Assembly: GCA_963764715.1 (NCBI GenBank)
Contig: CAVXTP010000006.1
Span: 352,001-416,000 of the forward strand
DNA length: 64,000 bases
Direction: 5' to 3'
Origin: an uncultured Acidobacteriota bacterium
GTDB taxonomy: Bacteria; Acidobacteriota; Thermoanaerobaculia; UBA5066; Gp7-AA6
Position numbers and translations under genes: made by a program. Below, in pieces: positions 8,868 to 17,046 of this stretch. The first letter of the stretch is position 1; the number at the start of each line of letters is the position of its first letter. The notes under the pieces are model-generated. The model did not search any database, was not told where the DNA came from, and saw only the letters and a program-made list of their open reading frames with translations.

Positions 8868-10848
8868 CTACATCGCCTCGAAGACGTACTCGTGCTGCCC
8901 GTCGCGGGTCACGAGGGTCTTCTTCGGGCCCGATCCCACAACGAACTCGACGCCCGAGATTCCCGGCGCCGTCGTCAGGAACGAGATCGTTCCGTCGGGG
9001 TTCCTGCGGGAGGCGACCTCGCTCTTCCACTCGCCGAAATCGAAGGTCGTCGCGCCGCCGGCGCGGCTCACGGCGATATCGCCCAGGGCCGGGTTCGCGT
9101 AATGGGCCGCGAGCTTCGCGCTCTCGGCGGCGTCGGCCGGCACGGTCAGGAGCTTTCGCTCGGCGGCGAGCTGCGCGTAGAACGCCTTGCCCGCCGCGGC
9201 GACCTGGTCCGCCGCCTCGGGACGGCCGTCGAACAGCACCTCGAGGAGACGGCGCCGGAACTGCGTGCGGAGGATCCAGCCCGGGTCGGCGTTGGTCAGG
9301 ATGACGGCGCCGACGTTCTGGGCCGGCAGCCACATCATGTCGCTGTGGTAGCCGATCATGTCGCCGCCGTGGTGCACGACCGTGACGTCGTAGGACGTGT
9401 CGACCATGAGTCCCATGCCGTACGTCGTGTCCTTGCCGATCGCCACCTGGGGCGCGCGCCGCTCGAGCAGCGGTTCCTTCGGTATGTAGGCCTTGCCGTC
9501 CGGAAGCTTCCCGTCGGCGAGCTCCATCGACACGTAGCGAAGCATGTCGGACACGCTGCTCCAGGCGGCGCCCGCCGGCCGCAGCGGGATGATGGCGTAG
9601 TTGAGCTCCATCGCCGCGCGCGCGGGCCGGCCGTCGATGTCGGGCGCGTACGGGCCCGCGTGGTCGCCGGCGAGGGCCCGCGCGTAGTCGAAGGTCGTCG
9701 CCTTCATGCCGAGCGGATCGAACACCTGCGTCTGCATCGCGCGGTCGTAGGCGGCGCCGAGCTCGAGGTCCGGGATAGAGCACGTGGCCGGCCGTGAAGC
9801 CGGCGGCCCCGGCCATCGGGTTCGAGTACTGGAACAGCTCGCCGAACTTGCTCGTCGGCTGCATCGTCCCGAGGGTCGCGAGCGCCTTGTCGGGCGTCAC
9901 GCCCCGGAACTCGAAGATCCACTCGAGGTCCTGCCGCGGCAGGCCGGTGCAGGCGCAGATGAGCTGCCGGACGAGCACCTTCTTCGTCGTTTCGGCGTCG
10001 CCCAGCTTGAACGAGGGCAGGAGGCTCGTGACCGGCGTGTCCCAGGTCAGCTTGCCCTCGGCGACGAGGCGCGCGAGCAGCAGCGTGGTGAGCGCCTTGG
10101 TGTTGGACGCGATCATGAAGAGCGTGTCGCCGTCGATCTTCGCCGGCTGGCCGAGCTCGCGCACGCCGTAGCCCCCGGCGAAGACGAGCTTTCCGTCCTG
10201 GACGATCCCGAGCGCGACTCCCGGAATGCCGAGCTCCTTCTGGCCCGTCTCGATGAAACGGCCGAGCTCGGCGAGGCGGGCCGCGTCGAGTCGGTTCGCC
10301 TTCTTTCCGGCGAACGTCTCGCGCGTGTAGCCCTTCGGCTGGAGTCGGTCGAAGATCAGCGCGACCTGCGCTCCCCGCTTTTCGCCGACCGCCTGCGCCA
10401 TGTCGTAGATCACGACCGTCCAGCCGCCGCCGGCGTACGCCGCCAGCGCCAGCACGTCGCGCTTCTCGTTCGGCGACGTCTGGTAGTCGTAGGTGCGCTG
10501 CTTCGACCAGCCGTTGCGGTCGGGCCGGTCGCTGGCGACCTTGAGCGGCCACTTCGCGTCCGGCTTGTACGCGGCCCAGGCCGCCGCGACCGCCGCGTCG
10601 GCGTCCTTCCCGTCGACGTCGACGAGGGCGATGCGCGAGTCCCCCTCGGGGGCTTCGACGATCGTCACGGGCCCTCGCACGGCGACCGTCCAGCCGACGG
10701 GAGCGATGAAGGTGTTGCCGCGGACGGTGGTCTGCGGCGTGTCGACGGCGAGGGCCGAACCGGCCGGTGCCAACGGTGCGGTGGCGGGCGGGGCTTGCGC
10801 GAAGGACGGAGCGGCCGCGAGCAGGAGCAGACCGGCGATCGATTTCAT
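8868..10848 (-). CDS. Secreted serine hydrolase (beta-lactamase/AmpC family); apparent +1 frameshift at ~9772
   Basis: Signal peptide MKSIAGLLLLAAAPSFA, SNTK (SxxK), YSN, HGG; the two halves join as LYPDLELGAAYDRAMQ. Confidence 0.85.
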
Positions 10849-10877
10849 GAAAACGACGATATCGCAGGCCGGCGCCC

Positions 10878-11885
10878 TCAGGTCCTCCCCGGACAGCGCC
10901 GGCAGATCGGGATCAGGGCCTCCATCCGGCGACGGTGTCCTTCGCGGTACTGGCGCATCACCTGACCGTTCCACATCGCGGACAACGTCGTATCGCCGAC
11001 GTTGCCCAGGACCAGTCCCTCCGGGTGCCCGAGCTGCATCCACGAGTAGCTGCAGAGGTTGACGACGCCGTTCCAGTGGACGTCCATCTTCTTGAACGGA
11101 AGCGTGCAGCGTCCTTCCAGGTCCGGGACGAAGCTGCTGTCGTGTCCCACGGCGAAGTCGAGGATGTACTGCCGGGAGACGACGTCCGCATAGGGCGCCC
11201 AGAACCGGACGATCTCGCGTTCGCGCTCACGGTCGGCGGGCGCGAGCATCACGCGCACGTTGACGAGCGTCCGGGAGCCCCGGGACCGCTTCAGGGAGGC
11301 CAGGCGCCGCAGATTGAACAGCAGCCGGTCGAACCGCCCGCCGATCCGCTGCCGCTCGTACGCGGCCGCGTTCGCGCCGTCGACGGACACGTTGAGCTCC
11401 TGCAGGCTGTCGAGGCACGCCCTCATGATCTCGTCGTCGACTTTCTGCCAGTTCGACGTGAGGGACAGGTAGCGAACCGCGGCCGCGAGCCTCCGGACGT
11501 ACTCGGGAAACCGGGGATGGAGCGTGGCCTCGCCGTTCCCGCAGATCGATACCCGGGGGACGCGACCGTCGCGCGCCTGGGCGACGAGCCGGTCGAACGT
11601 GGCCTCGGTCATCAGGCCGCGGGGACGCCGGGTGGTCGGATTCGTGCAGTACCCGCAGGCGAGGTTGCAGTGGTTCGTGAGCTCGACGCTCAGCAGCGGC
11701 GGCGAGGGCGCGTCCCGCATGCCGAACGGAAACTCCGCCCGGACGAGCTCCTTGAGCGGCACCCGGCCCAGGCTCCGGAGCACGAGCCGGGCGTAGAGGG
11801 GAAACAGGTAGCGGATCCGGTGGATCCGGTTCGTGTTCCTGAACGAGCGGGCGGGAGTGAACGAAGGGAGAGCGGCGGACTTCAT
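10878..11885 (-). CDS. Radical SAM protein with SPASM/Twitch domain
   Basis: CNLACGYC motif, GNGEATLHP, C-terminal CTLPF...NLC...LGN...CRRC. Confidence 0.9.
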   Translation of the reverse strand: MKSAALPSFTPARSFRNTNRIHRIRYLFPLYARLVLRSLGRVPLKELVRAEFPFGMRDAPSPPLLSVELTNHCNLACGYCTNPTTRRPRGLMTEATFDRLVAQARDGRVPRVSICGNGEATLHPRFPEYVRRLAAAVRYLSLTSNWQKVDDEIMRACLDSLQELNVSVDGANAAAYERQRIGGRFDRLLFNLRRLASLKRSRGSRTLVNVRVMLAPADREREREIVRFWAPYADVVSRQYILDFAVGHDSSFVPDLEGRCTLPFKKMDVHWNGVVNLCSYSWMQLGHPEGLVLGNVGDTTLSAMWNGQVMRQYREGHRRRMEALIPICRRCPGRT

Positions 11886-11939
11886 GGAGGACCCCCGGGA
11901 GTCGGGACTGGCCGAGAATTATGCACCCGTCGAGAATCC

Positions 11940-12149
11940 GGTCAACCCGCGGCCTGCCACCCGCCGGCCCGCACCGGCCTCTTCGGAGACGTCGCCTGTC
12001 CGGGGACTTTCACAACCTAGATCGAGCGGCTCTCCACGCTCGGCATCACCGGCGGCTGCTCCGCGTCGCCGCTGCTCTACTGCCCGACGGGCAACGTCAC
12101 CCGCGGCCAGATGGCGGTGTTCGTAGTCGAGACGTTCGGCCTTCCGTAA
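11940..12149 (+). pseudogene. Orphan, degenerate C-terminal SLH repeat fragment
   Basis: GLFGDVACPGTFTT*IERLSTLGITGGCSASPLLYCPTGNVTRGQMAVFVVETFGLP*; TAG stands where the intact paralogs have Trp (FADWIERL). Confidence 0.8.
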
Positions 12150-12184
12150 CCGGCGCGGACACGCCGCACTCTCCGATCACCGGG

Positions 12185-12976
12185 TCAGGTCCGATCGCGG
12201 GCCAGGACGACGTGCCGGGAGTAGAAGTCCGGGTTGTTCTCGCCGAACGCCGTGATCCGGAACGGGGTCGGGAGGCCTCGTTCGAGGCTCTCGGCGACGA
12301 GGCGCCCGACGCTGTAGGGCTCCCGCACGATCACGACCGCATCGGCGGGAGCGGTTTCGCGGACCCGCTCCAGGACGCGTGCTTTCATCGAAACCTGGTT
12401 GGCGAGATAGACGATCTGCGCTCCGGCATAGTCGTGCGCCGCCCCGTCGGAGCATTCGATCCGAATGCGGCGTTCTCCCATGGCCTCGACCACGCGTCGG
12501 GCGGTTCCCGCGGCGCGAACGTCCACGTCGAGGGCCACGATCTCGGGAACGGTGGTCGCGTCGCGCACGAGGAGAGCGGCCGCGGGAAAGGCGCCGCAGC
12601 CCACCATGACGAACCGGCGGCAGGCGTCGAAGTCCGCCAGCCTCAGAACCTCGGGCACCCGGTCGTACGTGTGGCGGCCGAAGTCGGAACGCACCCGGTC
12701 CGACGCCGCCACGCCCTCCTTCCAGTCCGCCGCCGCCAGCCGCTCGGCTTCCCGGGCCTCACGGAGGGCCAGCGAGCGCCTTTGAAACGGCGCCAGCGCC
12801 TCGGCCCACGCAGGAGTCGAGTCGAGGAGCGCGTCGATCGCGGTAGCGGCGGGGCCGGTGATCCAGGCCCAGCTCTCGCCCCAGAGCTCCTCGAACGCGT
12901 CGTCGCCGCGGGCTTCCCGGAGGCGCTCCCTCCAGTCCGCGATCCCCCCGGCGACTCCGTCCTCGGGCCTCCTCAC
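12185..12976 (-). CDS. Nicotianamine synthase-like SAM-dependent transferase
   Basis: FVMVGCGAFPAAAL, ALDVD, IVYLANQVSMKARVLERV, VIVREP resemble the NAS/CntL core; GTG start overlaps the upstream TGA. Confidence 0.65.
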   Translation of the reverse strand: MRRPEDGVAGGIADWRERLREARGDDAFEELWGESWAWITGPAATAIDALLDSTPAWAEALAPFQRRSLALREAREAERLAAADWKEGVAASDRVRSDFGRHTYDRVPEVLRLADFDACRRFVMVGCGAFPAAALLVRDATTVPEIVALDVDVRAAGTARRVVEAMGERRIRIECSDGAAHDYAGAQIVYLANQVSMKARVLERVRETAPADAVVIVREPYSVGRLVAESLERGLPTPFRITAFGENNPDFYSRHVVLARDRT

Positions 12977-14229
12977 GTTCCCGGAGGGCGTCGGAGCGGT
13001 TCCGGCCCCCTCGGCGTCCGACCGGCGGCGACCGCCCGCCGCCAGGCGCGGCGAAGAAACGCCCGCCGCCCGAAGAGACGCTCCACGCCCGCGCGCGCCC
13101 CGTGACGCAGACGGCCTCTCCACCCGAGGATGTGGTCGACCGTCCGGACGATGTCGTTGCGTCCCCGCTCGCGGGCCAGTGCCCGCACGCGATTCAGATG
13201 GCGGCGCTGCCAGGGCTTGTCGACCCACAGGGCGCGCGCCCGGCCGAGGTCCAGAGGACCGGGAAAGGTCGGACACGCCCCCAGACCGACGACGGTCTCG
13301 AGCATCAGCATCGTGACGAGACACTTCTCGCAGCGTCCGCAGTTGCGCCCGTCCGACGACTTGAAGCAGACGCGCAGGTGGCGGCGGGCGACCTCCGAGG
13401 GAGCGATCGCCAGGACCTTGTCGGCCCGGTCGTGCGCTGCTCCGTCGTTGCGCACGCGGAGGGTCCAGGAGGAGAACAGGGTATCCGTGAAGGGATGGCT
13501 CCCCCAGGGAACGAGTTGCGTGTAGATGTTGGACGCGGGGATCAGAGCCCGGCCGTAGCGGGAACCGAGGGCGAGCGGCACGGACGCGAGAACGGGACCG
13601 TGGCCCCAGAGGCCCCAGTCGACGAATCGGTCCCACTGCGTCGAGCGGTCGCGCACGTTCGTGCGCACGTACACGAGCGGCCGCCCGAGGGCCTCGGCGA
13701 CCTCGGTGAGCGAGCGTCGGGCGCGCGCGGTGCCCTCGACGGCGTCGAGGCGGAGGTCGAGGCCGCCGACGAAGATGAACTCGTCGATCTCGCCCCGTTC
13801 GTCGCGCCCGTCCCCGTCGCCGTGATCGAGAGCGGTGAAGAACGAGTCGACGCCGCCGGAGAGAAACGCGCACGTCCGCCGCGGCGGAGTCCCGGACGGG
13901 AGCTCGGCCACGGGCCCGCGGAGAGGGACGACCCTCGTCTCGCCGTACCACGAGCGCCACACGCGAAGGACCTCGCGCGCGCCGTCCAGGAGCGGACGGT
14001 CGACCGGCAGGTCCCACTCCAGGGGTTCTCCGAGGGACGCGGCGAGCGGCAGGAGCGCGGCCAGCCAGGGGTTTCCGTCGCGCGCGAGGTCGCCGGCCAG
14101 CGCGGCCGGCACCTCGTACCAGTACGTCTCGGCGGGAGCCGACACGGCCGCGTACGTGACGCGCGCGGCCAGGCGGACGCGGTCCGGATCCCCCGGAACA
14201 TCCTCGACCGAGCTGGGGCCGACGTGCAC
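12973..14229 (-). CDS. PP-loop (QueC-like) adenine nucleotide alpha-hydrolase-fold protein
   Basis: AFLSGGVDS PP-loop and RVC-x7-NCGRCEKC Cys cluster. Confidence 0.7.
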   Translation of the reverse strand: MHVGPSSVEDVPGDPDRVRLAARVTYAAVSAPAETYWYEVPAALAGDLARDGNPWLAALLPLAASLGEPLEWDLPVDRPLLDGAREVLRVWRSWYGETRVVPLRGPVAELPSGTPPRRTCAFLSGGVDSFFTALDHGDGDGRDERGEIDEFIFVGGLDLRLDAVEGTARARRSLTEVAEALGRPLVYVRTNVRDRSTQWDRFVDWGLWGHGPVLASVPLALGSRYGRALIPASNIYTQLVPWGSHPFTDTLFSSWTLRVRNDGAAHDRADKVLAIAPSEVARRHLRVCFKSSDGRNCGRCEKCLVTMLMLETVVGLGACPTFPGPLDLGRARALWVDKPWQRRHLNRVRALARERGRNDIVRTVDHILGWRGRLRHGARAGVERLFGRRAFLRRAWRRAVAAGRTPRGPEPLRRPPGT

Positions 14230-14312
14230 GCGGCAAGTCTAGATGAACGCGGCGAACGCATCGGTGAGCGCCGCCACGTCCGAGGTCCGATTCGGACCTG
14301 AGAGGGCAACCG

Positions 14313-14336
14313 GTGGCGGAGCCGTCGGGACTCGAA
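14313..14336 (-). repeat. Degenerate copy of the tRNA-Asp 3' end (att-like site)
   Basis: GTGGCGGAGCCGTCGGGACTCGAA versus GTGGCGGGGCCGACGGGACTCGAA (26503-26526): 22/24 identical, same orientation, intergenic. Confidence 0.75.
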
Positions 14337-14517
14337 ATCAGGACCGTCAGCGCGTCGCCGGAGCGCGCTCGAGCAACGCGGGCCAGCCGATGATCAGGTC
14401 GCCACACACGGGGAGATGCACTTGAATCAAGCGGCTCGGGCCGCCCGATTGATCCGATCGCGTCATGCATCGCGGCCGGTAGACGCCGTAGGGTGGTCGT
14501 TTCCGGAGGTATCCGCC

Positions 14518-15669
14518 ATGCAACGTAAACTCCACTCGCTGCCGCTCAGCCTCCTGGCCCTCGTCATCGCGACGCCGGCGCTCTGCGGTCCGTCGAGGCC
14601 CGGCAATCGCGACAAGACGGTCACCGTGATGACCCGGAACCTCTACTACGGCGCGGACCTCGGTCCTGCGATCGGGGCCATCGGCACCGGGGATCCCGAA
14701 GTCATCATCCCCGCCGTCTCCGAGCTGTGGGGAGTCGTGAAGTTCACCGACTTCCCGTCGCGTGCACAGGGGCTGGCCGACGAGATCGAGCAGGTCCAGC
14801 CCGACCTCATCGGGCTCCAGGAGGCCTCGCTCTGGCAAAGCGACCCCTACGACGGGAGCGCCGAGCCCAACGCGGCCCACGTCGAGTACGACTTCGTGCA
14901 GATCCTGATCGACACGCTCGAGGCCCGCGGCCTGCACTACGCGGTCGCCGGCATGGAAATCGGCTTCGACGCGGAGTTCCCGGGCTTCCTCTCCCCGGAG
15001 GACGCCGAGAACGGATTCCTGTCGGACATCCGCCTGACCGACCGGGAGGTCATCCTCGCGCGCGCGGACCTGCGCGCGTCCGAGCTCAAACTGTCGAACC
15101 CCCGAGCCGCCAACTTCGAGACCAACCTGCAGTTCCCCGTCGGCCCCGATCCCGACAGCCCGCTCTTCACCCTCTGGCGCGGCTGGGCCTCCGTGGACGC
15201 CAAGGTCCGGGGGAAGACGTTCCGTTTCGTGACGACCCATCTCGAGGACGAGTCCATCGACGTGCGCAACGCCCAGGCGCTCGAGATTCTCTCCGGCCCC
15301 GCGGACACGGGGCTTCCCGTCGCCCTCGTCCTCGACGCCAACTCCAACGCCAACGCGGATCCCTCGACCGAGGTCTACGCCGCGTTGATTGGGGCCGGGT
15401 TCGTCGATTCGTGGTTCGAGGCGCATCCCGGGTCCGAGATCACGACCTGCTGCAGCGCGCCGGACCTGACCAACGAGGTCTTCCCCGTCGGGACCGACGA
15501 CGAGGGGCGGATCGACCTCGTGCTCTACCGCGACCACTTCGACTTTCGCACCCGGGAGGCGGACCTTCTCGGAGAGGACCCCGTCGACCGGGTCGTCAAC
15601 ACGAGCGGCATCCCGATCTGGCCGACCGACCACGCCGGCCTGTTCGCGACGCTGAAGATCCGCAACTAG
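14518..15669 (+). CDS. Secreted endonuclease/exonuclease/phosphatase family protein
   Basis: Signal peptide, VMTRNL, DLIGLQE, TTHL, DANS, RIDLV, PTDHAG motifs; GGAGG SD. Confidence 0.85.
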   Translation: MQRKLHSLPLSLLALVIATPALCGPSRPGNRDKTVTVMTRNLYYGADLGPAIGAIGTGDPEVIIPAVSELWGVVKFTDFPSRAQGLADEIEQVQPDLIGLQEASLWQSDPYDGSAEPNAAHVEYDFVQILIDTLEARGLHYAVAGMEIGFDAEFPGFLSPEDAENGFLSDIRLTDREVILARADLRASELKLSNPRAANFETNLQFPVGPDPDSPLFTLWRGWASVDAKVRGKTFRFVTTHLEDESIDVRNAQALEILSGPADTGLPVALVLDANSNANADPSTEVYAALIGAGFVDSWFEAHPGSEITTCCSAPDLTNEVFPVGTDDEGRIDLVLYRDHFDFRTREADLLGEDPVDRVVNTSGIPIWPTDHAGLFATLKIRN

Positions 15670-15687
15670 GGCGGGATCGGCCGCGCG

Positions 15688-15719
15688 CTTCCTGCCCGCC
15701 GGCGGCGACGGGCAGGAAG
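15688..15719. terminator. 11-bp stem hairpin between convergent genes
   Basis: CTTCCTGCCCG...CGGGCAGGAAG; no U-tail. Confidence 0.5.
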
Positions 15720-15729
15720 GCGGGGTCGC

Positions 15730-16554
15730 TCAGCTCCGGGGCTTGACGGCCCGGATGAAGGCGCTCCGGATCTTCCCGTCCACCGCGCCCGCGATCGCGT
15801 CCACGTCGATGCCGGCCGAGGTCAGAAACTCGCGGGCGTCGTTCGCCGAGTAGACGCGCGTGGGCTCGACGGTGACGTCCGCAAAGCCCGCGGCCTCGAG
15901 CTTGCGGCGGTATTCGTCTTCCGAGAGGGCGCCGGCGACGCATCCGACCCAGAGAAGCATGTTTTCGCGGACGGCCACCGGCAGCTCCCCGGCCACGACG
16001 ATGTCCGAGACCGCGAACCGGCCGCCGGGACGCAGGACCCGGAAAGCCTCCCGCAGAACGCGGTCCTTGTCGGCCGACAGGTTGATCACGCAGTTGGAGA
16101 GGATCACGTCCACCGCTCCGTCCGGCAGCGGGATGTCCTCGATCTGCCCCTTGAGAAACTCGACGTTCGTCAGGCCGGATTCCTTCTGGTGCTTGCGGGC
16201 GAGCGCCAGCATCTCGTCCGTCATGTCGAGGCCGTAGGCCTTCCCGCTCGGCCCGACCCGCTTCGCGGAGAGCAGCACGTCGATGCCGCCGCCCGAACCG
16301 AGATCGAGAACGACTTCGCCGGGCGAGAGCTTCGCGAGCGCGGTGGGATTGCCGCAGCCCAGCGAGGCGGCGAGCGCCGTCTCCGGCACGTCGGCCTTCT
16401 GCGAGATCTCGTAGAGGTTCGACGTGATCGGATCGCCCGAGAGACCGGACGCGGACGGCGCGGTCCCGCAACAGGCCGTCTTGCCGGCCGCCACCTGGAG
16501 CGCGGCCTTGCCGTACTTTTCGCGAACGACGTCGGTGATGCTCTGATCGGCCAT
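15730..16554 (-). CDS. arsM: Arsenite methyltransferase
   Basis: [34 protein letters not shown]; N-terminal CC; adjacent to ArsR. Confidence 0.92.
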   Translation of the reverse strand: MADQSITDVVREKYGKAALQVAAGKTACCGTAPSASGLSGDPITSNLYEISQKADVPETALAASLGCGNPTALAKLSPGEVVLDLGSGGGIDVLLSAKRVGPSGKAYGLDMTDEMLALARKHQKESGLTNVEFLKGQIEDIPLPDGAVDVILSNCVINLSADKDRVLREAFRVLRPGGRFAVSDIVVAGELPVAVRENMLLWVGCVAGALSEDEYRRKLEAAGFADVTVEPTRVYSANDAREFLTSAGIDVDAIAGAVDGKIRSAFIRAVKPRS

Positions 16555-16573
16555 GGGATTCCTCCTGTCCTAG

Positions 16574-16589
16574 ATCAACAAAAGTTGAT
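16574..16589. promoter_or_regulatory. Putative ArsR operator upstream of arsM
   Basis: ATCAAC-AAAA-GTTGAT palindrome, near-identical to the site upstream of arsR. Confidence 0.7.
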
Positions 16590-16606
16590 GCATTGAGTAC
16601 GCGAAA

Positions 16607-16948
16607 TCACTTCTTGCAGCATGCCGCGGCCTCCGGCAGGTGTCCGCTCCCGTACGACGCGGCGAAATCGTGCACGGCCTCGAACGCGCCGGCGTTGAGC
16701 GAGTAGTGGATCCACCGGCCCTCGCGCCTGTCCCGGATGAGGCCGGCGTCCTTCAGGGTCTTCATGTGGAAAGACAGGCGCGACTGGCCGGCGGCGAGGA
16801 GGTCCATCAGGTTGCAGACGCACTCCTCCCCGTTGCGCAGACGCTCCAGGATCGCGAGCCGCGTCTCGTCGGAAAGGGCGTGGAAGAGCCGCGCGGCCTC
16901 GGTGCGGCCCGTCTTTCCCCTGGCCGCCGTTCTACGGAGCGTCTTCAT
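16607..16948 (-). CDS. arsR: ArsR/SmtB family transcriptional repressor
   Basis: FHALSDETRLAIL...EECVCNL...SRLSFHMKTLKDAGL...GRWIHYSL; C-terminal CC. Confidence 0.9.
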   Translation of the reverse strand: MKTLRRTAARGKTGRTEAARLFHALSDETRLAILERLRNGEECVCNLMDLLAAGQSRLSFHMKTLKDAGLIRDRREGRWIHYSLNAGAFEAVHDFAASYGSGHLPEAAACCKK

Positions 16949-16963
16949 GACGGGACAAGTTAC

Positions 16964-16979
16964 ATCAACGAAAGTTGAT
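16964..16979. promoter_or_regulatory. Putative ArsR operator upstream of arsR
   Basis: ATCAAC-GAAA-GTTGAT palindrome 15 nt before the ATG. Confidence 0.7.
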
Positions 16980-17046
16980 ATGTCAAGAGCAACGCTGGCC
17001 GCCGCAATCGGCTCGAATGAGGCGAACGTGCACCCACCGGCCTGCG

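Noticed and set aside
8377-11043. Apparent serine hydrolase-DUF4126 fusion
   Set aside because: Artefact of the frameshift at ~9772; these are two separate genes
12018-12020. In-frame TAG as possible pyrrolysine readthrough, given the MttB genes in the window
   Set aside because: It replaces a conserved Trp by one transition in a truncated fragment; the MttB genes are non-Pyl and no pyl genes are seen
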